NCBI GenBank assembly: GCA_003971905.1
Contig: RSEE01000015.1
Coordinates: forward strand, 434,001-498,000
Length of the DNA: 64,000 bases
Source of the DNA: Moniliella sp. 'wahieum'
Taxonomy: Eukaryota
Reading direction: 5' to 3'
Each line of letters begins with the position of its first letter. Within the stretch, counting starts at the first letter, position 1. A program made the translations under genes and the position numbers. The notes beneath the pieces are model-generated. The model saw only the letters and a program-made list of their open reading frames with translations. It searched no databases and had not been told where the DNA came from. Shown piece after piece: positions 63,701 through 64,000 of the stretch.

Positions 63701-64000
63701 AAAGGTAATTGGGGAGAGTGGACGGGTAGTGAGGGACGAGCCTCTGTTCCCACCCGAAGCCGAGCGGGATGGAGCAGACGCTACCATGGATTGGTCCTGA
63801 GGAGTGGACAAGGATGGAGCAGCATCTTGATTGGTGAAGGGGAGTCGATCCGTAGCCACATCTTGGGCAATGCAATCGGGAGAGATCGACGCTGAGGCCA
63901 GCGCCGAGTCTTCCGAAGATGCAAGGCCATCCTTTTGAATCCGGGAGGACAAGAACGCAGCGAAAGAGCGGCGCGGGTTGGCTAGACCAGAGTCAGGCGT
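60733..64000 (-). CDS. Large Ser/Pro-rich hypothetical protein (5' end beyond window)
   Basis: Minus-strand ORF pieces 63227-63952, 62665-63333, 62199-62813, 60966-62096 and 60733-61053 tile the interval. Confidence 0.6.
60811..60885. repeat. Hexanucleotide microsatellite (ATGGGN)n encoding a Met-Gly run
   Basis: CCCATG/CCCATA/CCCATT units, reading MGMGMGMG on the minus strand. Confidence 0.85.

Overview
Eukaryotic DNA: a GC-rich, gene-dense fungal window with short GT-AG introns and CTGAC/CTAAC branch sites. It is most likely a basidiomycete; low intron density and the RPS25 sequence suggest Ustilaginomycotina (inference). Nearly every conserved gene is broken by single-base indels, which points to an unpolished long-read assembly rather than pseudogenes, so gene models were stitched across frames and some ends are approximate. 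Recognisable genes: RPS25, an AAA ATPase, an uncharacterised HExxH protein, POL32/cdc27, an ABCC transporter, a coiled-coil protein, ARPC4, MVD1, FCF1, tRNA-Ala(AGC), a vezatin-like gene, YVC1, TOM1/HUWE1, ISY1, eRF1, a Tri101-like acetyltransferase, RCC1 and a secreted polyamine oxidase. Three things stand out. (1) A ~10 kb TOM1/HUWE1 gene stops cleanly just before its catalytic HECT module, and no HECT is visible in the window (possible split E3 ligase). (2) A young copia-type LTR element has a repeat-rich ORF in place of pol and no target-site duplication. (3) A diverged inverted duplication of the ABC-transporter 3' end brackets ~16 kb and looks like a staggered-break inversion scar.
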